In this document: positions 37,035 to 45,953 of the stretch, piece after piece
Layout: each line of letters opens with the position of its first letter
How positions within the stretch are numbered: position 1 is the stretch's first letter
DNA from: Alphaproteobacteria bacterium
GTDB lineage: Bacteria; Pseudomonadota; Alphaproteobacteria; Micavibrionales; UBA2020
Assembly (NCBI GenBank): GCA_025934695.1
Contig: JAICWS010000002.1
Location: 909,043-973,042 of the forward strand
Reading direction: 5' to 3'
Length of the DNA stretch: 64,000 bases
The notes under the pieces: model-generated
Seen by the model: the letters and a program-made list of their open reading frames with translations, nothing else
What the model was told of the DNA's origin: nothing
Database searches by the model: none
Position numbers and translations under genes: made by a program

Positions 37035-38033
37035 ATGCTCAAGCGTTATTACGCCATTGGCTTCATGGCCCTCGCGGTCACCGCGGGCGCGCTGTTCGCG
37101 AAGCCCGTCATGGCTGCGGACGATACCGTCATCGCGGTCGTCAACGGCGACAAGATCATGAAAAAAGACGTCATGACCGCGATCAAGAAGCTCCCGGTCC
37201 AGGCCGGCAAGGACACCGACAAGCTTTTCCCGCTGGTGGTCGATGAAATCATCAACGAAAAACTCATCGACGACGCCACCAAAACCGCCAAGGTCGAAGA
37301 CAGCCCCGAGTACAAGACCCAGCTCGACGCGCTGAAAGGCCAGCTCGCCAAGCAGATCTACGTCGACAAGTACCTGCATGAAAAGGTGAGCGACAAGGCG
37401 GTCAAGGAAGAATACAACAAGTTCAAGAAGGAAAACGAAGGCAAGGAAGAAATCCACGCCAAGCACCTTCTCGTGAAAACCGAGGACGAAGCCAAGGAAG
37501 CCATCAAGGAACTGAATGACGCGGACGACAAGGCCGCTGAATTCGACAAGCTGGTCAAGCAGCGCTCAGCCGACACGGCTTCGGCCGCCAACGGCGGCGA
37601 CCTCGGCTGGTTCGCGGAAGAAGACATGCTGCCCGAATTCAGCAAGGCCGCCTTCGCGCTCAAGCCCGGCACCTACACGAAAGAGCCGGTCCAGACGCGC
37701 TTTGGCTACCACGTGATCTACGTCCTCGACAAGCGCCCCCGCCAGGTGCCGCCGTTGGACCAGGTCGGCGAGGCCATCCGCAAGAAGCTGAGCCAGGACG
37801 CGGTGAAAGACCTCATCGACGGGCTGCGCGCCAAGGCGCAGATCAAGATGTACGACATGAACGGCAAGCCGCTCGATTACGGCTCGAAAGAAAAGGCGAA
37901 GGACGATAAATCCTCGGCCGACAAGCCCGCCAAGTCGGATGAAGCCGCGGCCGACAAAGCCACGGACGAGAAAGCCGCCGACAAGTCGGACAAAACCGAC
38001 AAGGACGGCGACAGCGACCTGACGAAAGAATAA
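37035..38033 (+). CDS. periplasmic parvulin-type peptidyl-prolyl isomerase (SurA/PpiC-like)
   Basis: Signal peptide MLKRYYAIGFMALAVTAGALFAKPVMA. Parvulin core HAKHLLV...GGDLGWF...FGYHVIYV. Acidic/Lys-rich tail. AGGAGA SD. Confidence 0.85.
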   Translation: MLKRYYAIGFMALAVTAGALFAKPVMAADDTVIAVVNGDKIMKKDVMTAIKKLPVQAGKDTDKLFPLVVDEIINEKLIDDATKTAKVEDSPEYKTQLDALKGQLAKQIYVDKYLHEKVSDKAVKEEYNKFKKENEGKEEIHAKHLLVKTEDEAKEAIKELNDADDKAAEFDKLVKQRSADTASAANGGDLGWFAEEDMLPEFSKAAFALKPGTYTKEPVQTRFGYHVIYVLDKRPRQVPPLDQVGEAIRKKLSQDAVKDLIDGLRAKAQIKMYDMNGKPLDYGSKEKAKDDKSSADKPAKSDEAAADKATDEKAADKSDKTDKDGDSDLTKE

Positions 38034-38056
38034 GCGGCTTCAACACCGCAAAAGCT

Positions 38057-38088
38057 AAAAACCCCGGCAGCGATGCCGGGGTTTTTTA
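38057..38088 (+). terminator. rho-independent terminator
   Basis: accccggc agcgat gccggggt followed by tttttt. Confidence 0.75.
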
Positions 38089-38143
38089 ATGCGGTGGAAA
38101 CAATTTGGAAGATGGGAATATCTTTCGACAAATCTGGCCCATT

Positions 38144-38593
38144 TTATAAGAAAATACGATAGAAAAAATTTGCGACTGCAGGATGCGTATATCGCCAATA
38201 AAGGTACCAATTATTGACCTCGAATGAGTAAACGGTAAAGAAAATGCCGTTCAAAGCAATCATGGCGGTAGTGATTTTCTCGTGCGTTTTATCCGAAAAA
38301 ACTTTAATAAGTGGCCTTGTCATCCACGGACGAAGGCAAGCCGCGAAGAAGGCGTTGAAGAAGAAGCCGAAGACGGCGACGAAGTTTTGGTTCCACCATG
38401 GCGGGCCTTCCGAACCCTTCAAGATGCCAAATATCAAAACAATGACCGCTTGGAGGGTAGCCGAAATAGCAAAAATCCTTCGTTGAACGGACACACGCTT
38501 ATTATCCCATATCGACCAAATAATACCAGCCGGCAGGATCGCGATGCCAGCAACGGAAAGAATCAATTCAGTCCAAAAAGCTACGATATTCAT
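38144..38593 (-). CDS. hypothetical small polytopic membrane protein (AT-rich islet)
   Basis: 149-aa ORF with 4-5 hydrophobic segments. Local GC is far below the flanks. Confidence 0.45.
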   Translation of the reverse strand: MNIVAFWTELILSVAGIAILPAGIIWSIWDNKRVSVQRRIFAISATLQAVIVLIFGILKGSEGPPWWNQNFVAVFGFFFNAFFAACLRPWMTRPLIKVFSDKTHEKITTAMIALNGIFFTVYSFEVNNWYLYWRYTHPAVANFFYRIFL

Positions 38594-38634
38594 GATGCCA
38601 GCGTAGCCTGCTGTATGCAGAAAAACATCCCTGA

Positions 38635-39051
38635 TTGTCGCGGGCCAGGTCGTGGGCTATGATCGCAATGTGTGATAAAATAGATTGTGGAAAAGGGCAG
38701 GGCTTGAAGATCAACTGGCAAAACCAGAAGCTGCGCTTGGCTGTCTATTCTTTGGCAGCCAGCGGTATCCTTCACGCATTGTTAGCTTACTGGTTCTTCT
38801 CAAGCATCGATCATAGCCCTGATATCGGAAACTCTATTTTTCTCCGACCGGGCAGAAAGGCTGCTATGGAGCAGTGTTTTGGATTTCATCACTTCCTTGC
38901 TTTTTGTTCCGATCTCATAACGCCCGATACTCAAAAAAGTCTTATTGGAGCCACCTTATTTTGTAATTTCTTATTGTTTGGCGGTTTACTTTACGTCGTA
39001 ATTTATTTCGTTGTTAAGATACGACGGCGTGCCGACAGAAAAACGCCCTAA
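38635..39051 (+). CDS. hypothetical small membrane protein (AT-rich islet)
   Basis: 138-aa ORF with hydrophobic segments. Divergent from 38144..38593. The start codon is uncertain. Confidence 0.4.
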   Translation: MSRARSWAMIAMCDKIDCGKGQGLKINWQNQKLRLAVYSLAASGILHALLAYWFFSSIDHSPDIGNSIFLRPGRKAAMEQCFGFHHFLAFCSDLITPDTQKSLIGATLFCNFLLFGGLLYVVIYFVVKIRRRADRKTP

Positions 39052-39127
39052 TTTCCTGAAGATTAATTATCACGCATTAACCAAGATGGGCCTTGATTGA
39101 GACGCGTCACCTGATGAGTGGCGGCAA

Positions 39128-40174
39128 TTACCTGAACCTTAGTGGCGCGCCGACGGAGATGCGCTGCCCCAGCACGGTCGCGGCGCGGATGTTTTCTGCC
39201 TCTTTGCGTTCGCGGTATGCCGTCGTGGCCTCGAAGAGCTTTTCGGCCAGGTGGGGATAGCCGTTGTCGCGGGCGAGGATGGCGGCGGTGTGGCCGTCGC
39301 GGTCGGCGGCGTCCGGCGCGGCGCCTTTGTCGAGCAGCAGGTGGACGGTGTCATAAGCGCCCATCAGCGCTGCGATCATCAGCGGCGTGTGACCATCATT
39401 ATTCACGGCCTGCACATCCGCGCCCTTTTTCACCAGCACCGCTGCGGCTTCGCGGCGGAAGTCCGCTGTCGCCGCGAGCATCAGCGGCGTTACGCCCAAA
39501 TCACTGCGCGCGTCGACCGGCACGCCCGCCGCCAGGGTTTTGCGCAGGTCGGCGGTCTCGCCGCCAAGCGTCGCATAGTGAAGGGCGGTGAAACCGTTGA
39601 TGCCCGAGTCACTTGGCGCCCCTGCGGCGATCGCCTTCAGCAATTGCTCCTGCGCGAGGAAATTCGCGATTTCGTCCTGGCGTCTCGAGAGGGCGATGTC
39701 GCGCGCGGTTTGGCCGCCGCTGGTCTTCGCATCCACCGCGACGCCGAGGCGCGCGAGATAGCGCACCGTTTTCAGGAAGCCTTCGGAGGAGGCCAGCATC
39801 ATCGCGTTGCGGCCATCCTCCGCCGTCGCGCGCGGGTCGGCGCCATGTTTGACGAGCAGGGCGATGATGTCGTTATGGCCGTTGGAGGCGGCGCGCATCA
39901 GCGGCGTCATGCCGTCCCCTTCGCGGATATCGACGGTGGCGCCGGCCTCGAGCAGGGCGCGCACGCCACCGATATTTCCCTGGTTTGCGGCATAATGCAG
40001 CGCGGTCCAGCCGACCTCGTCCTGCGCGTCGAGCGGCGCGCCTTGCGCGATGAGGGTTTTCATCCGCCGCACCTTGCCGCGCCTGCCCGACGCGGCGTCG
40101 TGGAAATCCGACACGAGCCAGTCCAACTGCTGTTTCGTCAACGGGCCGATGATCTGCTTTCTTGCGCTGCTCAT
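39128..40174 (-). CDS. ankyrin repeat protein (eight tandem ANK repeats by eye)
   Basis: Repeats of the type GWTALHYAANQGNIGGVRALLEAGATVD. The ATG at 40174 is used because the ORF-track start (40237) lies inside the predicted promoter. Confidence 0.85.
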   Translation of the reverse strand: MSSARKQIIGPLTKQQLDWLVSDFHDAASGRRGKVRRMKTLIAQGAPLDAQDEVGWTALHYAANQGNIGGVRALLEAGATVDIREGDGMTPLMRAASNGHNDIIALLVKHGADPRATAEDGRNAMMLASSEGFLKTVRYLARLGVAVDAKTSGGQTARDIALSRRQDEIANFLAQEQLLKAIAAGAPSDSGINGFTALHYATLGGETADLRKTLAAGVPVDARSDLGVTPLMLAATADFRREAAAVLVKKGADVQAVNNDGHTPLMIAALMGAYDTVHLLLDKGAAPDAADRDGHTAAILARDNGYPHLAEKLFEATTAYRERKEAENIRAATVLGQRISVGAPLRFR

Positions 40175-40227
40175 ACCGCTCTTTGCTTTTCGTTTGCTGC
40201 CAGAATATCCTGTAAAAACAGCCGGTA

Positions 40228-40256
40228 TTTGTAGCACGGAGTAAATATTATGTCAA
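40228..40256 (-). promoter_or_regulatory. sigma70-type promoter (TTGACA, 17-nt spacer, TACAAA) embedded in an AT-rich inverted repeat
   Basis: The minus strand reads tatatTTGACAtaatatttactccgtgcTACAAA. The inverted repeat AAATATTATG / CATAATATTT spans 40243..40274. Confidence 0.5.
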
Positions 40257-40326
40257 TATATTTGCATAATATTTGACGGAAGGGGTGGTCGTTGCTATGG
40301 TGGCGCCTTGTTAAAGGAACGGCTCC

Positions 40327-40614
40327 ATGCACCGCAAGCCCATCAACCTGAAGTTCAACGGCATGTCCCAGCGGCAGGCGAGCGCCATCGCCGATGCGAC
40401 GATCGGCACCGTGGTCGAGGATTTCCGCCGCGCGGCGGCGGAAGCGGTCGCGGCCACGGTCGCCGTCCATGAGCAGGACGCTTCCGACCATTTGCCGTTC
40501 TATATGACCGAGCTCTACGATGAGGATGGCGAGCCCCGTTCGCCGCTCAGCTTCCTCGATGATCTGCCATTTGGCGGCGGGTTCGACTGTTACGGCGGTC
40601 TTTTCCGTATATAG
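40327..40614 (+). CDS. hypothetical acidic protein
   Basis: 95-aa ORF. AAGGAA lies 8 nt upstream of the ATG. No family recognised. Confidence 0.35.
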   Translation: MHRKPINLKFNGMSQRQASAIADATIGTVVEDFRRAAAEAVAATVAVHEQDASDHLPFYMTELYDEDGEPRSPLSFLDDLPFGGGFDCYGGLFRI

Positions 40615-40716
40615 TTTCTCGCGGTTTTCTTTTAGTGTTATCGAAAATCTAGGGGGGGGTAACAACCCCTTAACGCCCGTTGACGTAAGAGGCTTTTGCC
40701 AGTACTGATTCAAGGC

Positions 40717-41352
40717 ATGAGCATCCTCAAAGTGTTTAACAAGAATCTCGCGGGTCCGCGCGAGCTGGTTCTCGATACTGAATCGACCGGCATCCTCGCG
40801 TCCGACGGGCATCGCCTTGTCGAAGTGGCCCTGGTCGAAATGATCAACCGCAAGCCGACGGGCCGCGAGCTGCATGTGCTCATCAACCCCGACCGCGACA
40901 TCCCCGAAGTGGTCGTCAAAATCCACGGCATTTCGAATGACAAGGTGAAAGACGCGCCTAAATTCGCCGAGGTCGCCAAGGAAATCCGCGATTTCATCGG
41001 CAACGACCCGGTCGTCATCACCTGCCGCACCAAGGACAATTACACGCTCGACATCGCGCTCCTGAACATGGAGCTGACGAAAGCCGGCCAGGAAGAAATC
41101 CCGGCCAGCCAGTGGATCAACGTTCGCCGTTGGTCAGAAGCGATGTTCGGCGACAAGAACGCGACGCTCGATAAAATCCTCGACCGCTACGGGATCAGCC
41201 GCAAGGAGCGCGACGAGAACGGCCATGGCGCGCTGCTCGACGCGCGCCTGCTGGCGGAAGCCTATCCGAAGCTGTTGAAGGACTATATGAACTTCAGCGA
41301 GCCCGCGGCCGCGCCCGCCGCCAAGAATACCAACAAACCCCCGAAGCCCTAG
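40717..41352 (+). CDS. dnaQ: DNA polymerase III epsilon subunit (DEDDh 3'-5' exonuclease)
   Basis: Exo motifs LVLDTESTGI, HGISND and HGALLDARLLAEAY. Confidence 0.85.
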   Translation: MSILKVFNKNLAGPRELVLDTESTGILASDGHRLVEVALVEMINRKPTGRELHVLINPDRDIPEVVVKIHGISNDKVKDAPKFAEVAKEIRDFIGNDPVVITCRTKDNYTLDIALLNMELTKAGQEEIPASQWINVRRWSEAMFGDKNATLDKILDRYGISRKERDENGHGALLDARLLAEAYPKLLKDYMNFSEPAAAPAAKNTNKPPKP

Positions 41353-41356
41353 ACCC

Positions 41357-41797
41357 ATGACCAACTGCGCCGAAGCCGACTCCGATCTTCCGGCGCCGGA
41401 GAAGATCGTCTATGTCGTGGCGGTGGCCCTCGTCGATCGCGACGGCCGCGTGCTGCTGGCGCAGCGTCCGCCGGGAAAGAAAATGGCCGGCCTGTGGGAA
41501 TTCCCCGGCGGCAAGATCGAGGCGGGCGAAACGCCCGAACATGCGCTGGTCCGCGAGTTGCACGAGGAACTGGGTATCGATACCAAAACCTCCTGCCTTG
41601 CGCCGCTCACCTTCGCCTCGCACCGTTACGACGATTTCCATTTATTCATGCCCGTTTTCGTCTGCCGCGTCTGGCAGGGCCATGTCACCGCGAAAGAGGG
41701 GCAGAGCTTTGCCTGGGTTTATCCCAAGGACTTCGACAAATACCCGATGCCGCCCGCGGACGTGCCGCTCATCCCCATCCTGCGCGAGCTTTTGTAG
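41357..41797 (+). CDS. mutT: Nudix hydrolase, MutT-type (8-oxo-dGTP diphosphatase-like)
   Basis: Nudix box GLWEFPGGKIEAGETPEHALVRELHEELGI. Confidence 0.85.
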   Translation: MTNCAEADSDLPAPEKIVYVVAVALVDRDGRVLLAQRPPGKKMAGLWEFPGGKIEAGETPEHALVRELHEELGIDTKTSCLAPLTFASHRYDDFHLFMPVFVCRVWQGHVTAKEGQSFAWVYPKDFDKYPMPPADVPLIPILRELL

Positions 41798-41800
41798 ATA

Positions 41801-42076
41801 TCAGGTCAGAATATTGAGCGTGCGTCCCTTGTCGCCGGACGCCAGGGGCGTGTTGACGCCTCTTTGCGACGCATCGCCAGACGATGTGCTGTTTTGTGAA
41901 GTGCCGTTCTGCGACGACAAGCCTTGCGAGATAGTCGGTTTCGGTTTGACTTGACCGCCCGGCCCTATCCGGGACGGATCGACGCCCAGCCTTTCGGCCG
42001 CCTTCACGCGATCCACATCGCTGCAGTTGCGGCAGACCACGCCATCGACCAGGATTGGTGTCGAGTAATCGCCCAA
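41801..42076 (-). CDS. questionable small ORF (Ser/Gln-rich tail)
   Basis: 91 codons with a TTG start and no convincing SD. Confidence 0.2.
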   Translation of the reverse strand: MGDYSTPILVDGVVCRNCSDVDRVKAAERLGVDPSRIGPGGQVKPKPTISQGLSSQNGTSQNSTSSGDASQRGVNTPLASGDKGRTLNILT

Positions 42077-42265
42077 GGTGGTGGCTCGCTGTTTTTGATC
42101 CGGACAGAGATTTTCCGATCATCTCATATCCGCGTTAAATTAGCGTGAATCGAGAAGCGACCGGCATATGGCGCCCCTTGAAAATACTCGATCTTCTTCG
42201 GGCGATTATTTATGTGCTAACCTGTTCACGCGCCCCGGCTTCGGGAGCGGGAGAGGAGATCAGCC

Positions 42266-43021
42266 TTGTACACCAAAGCCATCGACCTCAAGGAATTCTA
42301 CGACACGGTGCAGGGCCGGGTGGTGAAGCGCATCCTGCGCCAGCACCTGCGCGCCTTGTGGCCGAGCGTCGGGGGCTTGCGGCTGCTGGGCGTAGGCTTC
42401 GCGGTGCCGTATCTCAAGCCGTTCCTTGGCGAGGCGGAGCGCACCATCGCATTGATGCCCTCGCACCAAGGCGCGATTTTCTGGCCGACGCCGGAAACCG
42501 GCGATGAAAAGGGGCTGGTCAGTATCTGCAATGAAGCCGAGCTGCCGATCGAAACCAATTCCATCGACCGGATGATGGTCGTGCATGGGCTGCAGGGCTA
42601 TGAAAGCCTCGATGCGATCTTACGCGAGAGCTGGCGCGTGCTCACGGGCCAGGGACGCCTCATCCTCGTCGTGCCGAACCGCACGGGGATCTGGGCGCGG
42701 GTGGATGCGACGCCCTTCGGCCACGGCACGCCCTATTCGGTCGGTCAGATCCGCGCCTTTTTGAAGGATTATCTGTTCGTCCCCGAGCGCGCCGAACGCG
42801 CGCTGTTCTTCCCGCCGTCCGCGTCGCGCCTGCTGCTTTCGACCGCCCCCGCCTGGGAAAAAATCGGCGCGCGCTTCTTCAATGCTTTCGGCGGCGTCAA
42901 TATCGTCGAGGCCTCCAAGCAGCTTTATGCGGGGACCATGGTCGGCGCGGCCACGGCCTCGGCTGCGATTGCGCGGCGGCGCATGATGCCGACCGCCTCG
43001 GGCCGCGACCTGTTGACATAA
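42266..43021 (+). CDS. class I SAM-dependent methyltransferase-like protein
   Basis: 251 aa with a TTG start. Methyltransferase-fold blocks (LLGVGFAVPYL, VHGLQ...LRESWRVLTGQGRLILVVPN). Confidence 0.7.
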   Translation: MYTKAIDLKEFYDTVQGRVVKRILRQHLRALWPSVGGLRLLGVGFAVPYLKPFLGEAERTIALMPSHQGAIFWPTPETGDEKGLVSICNEAELPIETNSIDRMMVVHGLQGYESLDAILRESWRVLTGQGRLILVVPNRTGIWARVDATPFGHGTPYSVGQIRAFLKDYLFVPERAERALFFPPSASRLLLSTAPAWEKIGARFFNAFGGVNIVEASKQLYAGTMVGAATASAAIARRRMMPTASGRDLLT

Positions 43022-43072
43022 TCCCCTTCAGTTCGTTATAAAGCAGGCACGATCAACCGGAGCCGGTGACCG

Positions 43073-43663
43073 ATGCAGAATAAATTCAGTGCCGACGCGG
43101 CCGCGGAAGCGGAAAAGTTTCTCAGGGACGAGCATTACAGTTATCAAAAGCGGCCTGACGGCATGTTGGTGGTGCCGGGCAATATCGACATCGGACGCCG
43201 GGGCCTCGATCGCTTGCCGGACCTCAGCTGCGTCATCGTCGAGGGCAGCTTTTATTGCCACGACAACAACCTGACGTCGCTGAAAGGAGCACCGGCTGAA
43301 GTACGCCGCGGCTTCTGGTGCAACGGCAACCAACTTGAAACGCTCGAATATCTGCCGCGTGGAATCAGCGGGCAGTTCATCTGCCAGAACAACCGGCTGA
43401 CATCGCTCAAGGGCGCACCGCCAGAAGTAACGGGGGACGTTAATTGCACAGGCAATCCGCTGCTCTCGCTTGAAGGCGCGCCGCAAAAATTCAATAAACT
43501 ATTTACCTCGTGGGGCACGTTCGACATTTGGGACGAAGTGCCCGCCCAGCTCAAGACTTCGCCCGAAACCAAGGCCGGAATGGCGCAGGATGCGGTGGTG
43601 CTGGGCAGGAAGCTCGGCATATCGAAGCCGATCGTTTTGCGCAAATCCTCCCCCAATCCGTAA
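43073..43663 (+). CDS. leucine-rich-repeat-like protein (four repeats of about 23 aa)
   Basis: Repeats FYCHDNNLTSLKGAPAEVRRG / FWCNGNQLETLEYLPRGISGQ / FICQNNRLTSLKGAPPEVTGD / VNCTGNPLLSLEGAPQKFNKL. Confidence 0.6.
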   Translation: MQNKFSADAAAEAEKFLRDEHYSYQKRPDGMLVVPGNIDIGRRGLDRLPDLSCVIVEGSFYCHDNNLTSLKGAPAEVRRGFWCNGNQLETLEYLPRGISGQFICQNNRLTSLKGAPPEVTGDVNCTGNPLLSLEGAPQKFNKLFTSWGTFDIWDEVPAQLKTSPETKAGMAQDAVVLGRKLGISKPIVLRKSSPNP

Positions 43664-43774
43664 TCGGGGCTTCCGGGACTGCTGGAGTTCCATAATCCGC
43701 ATCATTGAATTGACGCCATATTGGTGTAAATTCGTGTCCATTCGCGGTTCAACAATTCATTCAAGAGCAGAACA

Positions 43775-44851
43775 ATGGCCCAGCCCAAGCCCAGACCCGG
43801 CATTCTCGACATCAAGCCCTATATCGGCGGCGAGGGCAGGGTGGAAGGCGTCACGCACCTGGTGCGCCTAGCCTCCAATGAAAATGCGCTGGGCTGCAGC
43901 CCCAAAGCGCGTGAAGCCTACCTGAAGGCGGGCGCCGATCTGCACCGCTATCCCGACGGCGCGGCGCAGGACCTGCGTGCGGCGCTGGGCAAGACCTATG
44001 ACATGAACCCCGAGCGCATCGTCTGCGGCTCGGGCTCCGAAGAGCTGATCTCGCTGCTCGTGCGCGCCTATGCGGGCGTCGGCGACGAGGTGCTCTACAG
44101 CCAGTACGGATTTTTGATGTATCCGATCTGCGCCAAGGCGGTGGGCGCGACCGGCGTCGCAGCGGCCGAAAAAGATTACCGCAGCGATGTGGATGCGCTG
44201 CTCGCGGCCGTGACGCCGAAGACGAAGATGCTGCTGCTGGCGAACCCGAACAATCCGACCGGCAGCTGGCTCAACCGCGCCGAAATGACGCGCCTGTGCG
44301 AAAAGCTGCCTTCGTCCGTGCTGCTCGTCATCGACAGCGCCTATGCCGAATTCCTGCAGGAGAAGGATTACGAGGACGGGCGCGCGCTGGTCGACGCCCA
44401 TCCGAACGCCGTCATGCTGCGCACCTTTTCGAAGATTTACGGCCTTGCGGCGTTGCGCCTCGGCTGGGCCTATTGCAGCCCGGAAGTGGCGGGCGTCATC
44501 AACCGCGTGCGCGGCGCCTTCAACGTCAATGCACCTGCGCAGGCGGCGGGCATCGCGGCCCTGGCTGACAAGGATTTCATCCGCAAGACGATTGAAATGA
44601 CGGAAAACGGGCGCCGCTACCTGTCCGAACATATCGCGAAGCTCGGCTGGAAGGCGCTGCCCAGCGTCGGCAATTTCCTGCTCGTCGAATTCGGGCCCAG
44701 GGCCGAGGAAATCCGCCAGAAGTTGAAAGACAAGGGTATTTTCATCCGCCAGATGGGGGCGTATAATCTTCCCCATCACCTGCGCATTACCGTGGGGACG
44801 GCCGACGACAATATGCGCCTGATCGAGGCGCTCAAATCCGTGAGGTCATGA
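43775..44851 (+). CDS. hisC: histidinol-phosphate aminotransferase
   Basis: 358 aa. LASNENALG N-terminal motif and PLP-Lys motif RTFSKIYGLAALRLGW. Confidence 0.92.
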   Translation: MAQPKPRPGILDIKPYIGGEGRVEGVTHLVRLASNENALGCSPKAREAYLKAGADLHRYPDGAAQDLRAALGKTYDMNPERIVCGSGSEELISLLVRAYAGVGDEVLYSQYGFLMYPICAKAVGATGVAAAEKDYRSDVDALLAAVTPKTKMLLLANPNNPTGSWLNRAEMTRLCEKLPSSVLLVIDSAYAEFLQEKDYEDGRALVDAHPNAVMLRTFSKIYGLAALRLGWAYCSPEVAGVINRVRGAFNVNAPAQAAGIAALADKDFIRKTIEMTENGRRYLSEHIAKLGWKALPSVGNFLLVEFGPRAEEIRQKLKDKGIFIRQMGAYNLPHHLRITVGTADDNMRLIEALKSVRS

Positions 44852-44855
44852 CGCC

Positions 44856-45608
44856 ATGAAATCCAGCCAGTTGCTTCTTGCCGCCATTGTCGCCGCCGTG
44901 GTGATTTTGGGCGCCGCGATTGTCTATAAATCCCACCATAAGGCGTCCGCGCCGCAACCCGGCGGGACACATGCGCCGGTGACAGCCGCGGTGCCGGCGC
45001 CCCCGCCGCCGCCGACCGCGCCCGCGACCTCCGTCAAGCAGCCGGGCCAGGTCAAGGACGCGCTCAAGGCCGGTCTGCTTAAGCCCATTTTTTACGTGCA
45101 GGAAAAGATGGCGATGCTGCAGCGCGGTCTTACGGCGGCTCTGAACAGCCGCCGCATCCTGCTCGACGACCTCGACAAACTTGATTTCGCCACGACGGCG
45201 TCGACCAATCCCTATAACGTCTTCAATCCGAACGGCAAGGTGAAGTACGCGCCGATCGACGGCATCTGGCTCGACCAGGAGCTGATCGACAAGCTGACGA
45301 CGAGAAAAGGCACGCCGCTCGTCTATAACATGCACCGCGTGACGGACAAGGACGGCACCTCGGAAATCCTCTACGCCGTGATCCCGAACATCGCGCAGGC
45401 CAATTGCGGCGTGGCGGCGGGGAACAAGGAATTCAATTCCGCCGCGCCAATCGGCGTCGAAAACGATCCGCACACGATCATCGACGACCCCGCCGGCATG
45501 CCGGTGATCGACGTTGGCTGCGTGCACACGCCCAATGGCATTGTCTGGCTCTATAAGCTCAAGCTGCGTTACAAGCACAAGGGCCAGGACCACTGGGGCT
45601 CGCGCTGA
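44856..45608 (+). CDS. hypothetical N-terminally anchored protein with a Pro-rich linker
   Basis: 250 aa. TM LLLAAIVAAVVILGAAIV, then PAPPPPPTAPA, then a globular part of about 190 aa. Starts 4 nt after the hisC stop. Confidence 0.55.
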   Translation: MKSSQLLLAAIVAAVVILGAAIVYKSHHKASAPQPGGTHAPVTAAVPAPPPPPTAPATSVKQPGQVKDALKAGLLKPIFYVQEKMAMLQRGLTAALNSRRILLDDLDKLDFATTASTNPYNVFNPNGKVKYAPIDGIWLDQELIDKLTTRKGTPLVYNMHRVTDKDGTSEILYAVIPNIAQANCGVAAGNKEFNSAAPIGVENDPHTIIDDPAGMPVIDVGCVHTPNGIVWLYKLKLRYKHKGQDHWGSR

Positions 45609-45653
45609 TCGACTCGGAGGTCCGGTTCCTTTCCGGCCGCGCAGCGCATTGAA

Positions 45654-45774
45654 GCCATTCGCGCGAAGTAACGAAGTTACGAAGAAGATGCTCAGTTCGA
45701 GCCGACTTCGTATCTTCGTAACTTCGCATGGTTGACGTATCTCGAAGTAAATGCGCTTCGCGCGAATTCAGAAA
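45654..45774. repeat. intergenic repeat family A, copy 3 (short form)
   Basis: cgaagtaacgaagttacgaag...cttcgtatcttcgtaacttcgcatggttga...tctcgaagtaaatgcgcttcgcgcgaattcagaaaag. Confidence 0.7.
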
Positions 45775-45953
45775 AGCGCCGCCCCGGCCTCCAAACCTCA
45801 ACGTTTAGTCATATCGCAACCGGCAGTTGAATATTCTGGAAATGGAAACGCTCTTTTCCGCTCTCCCCCAACTGTGGGTCTTGACGGAGGCTGCCCCTTA
45901 TGTTGCATTGCAACAAGACGGAATTCGTTTAATCACCATTAAGGAGTTTCACC

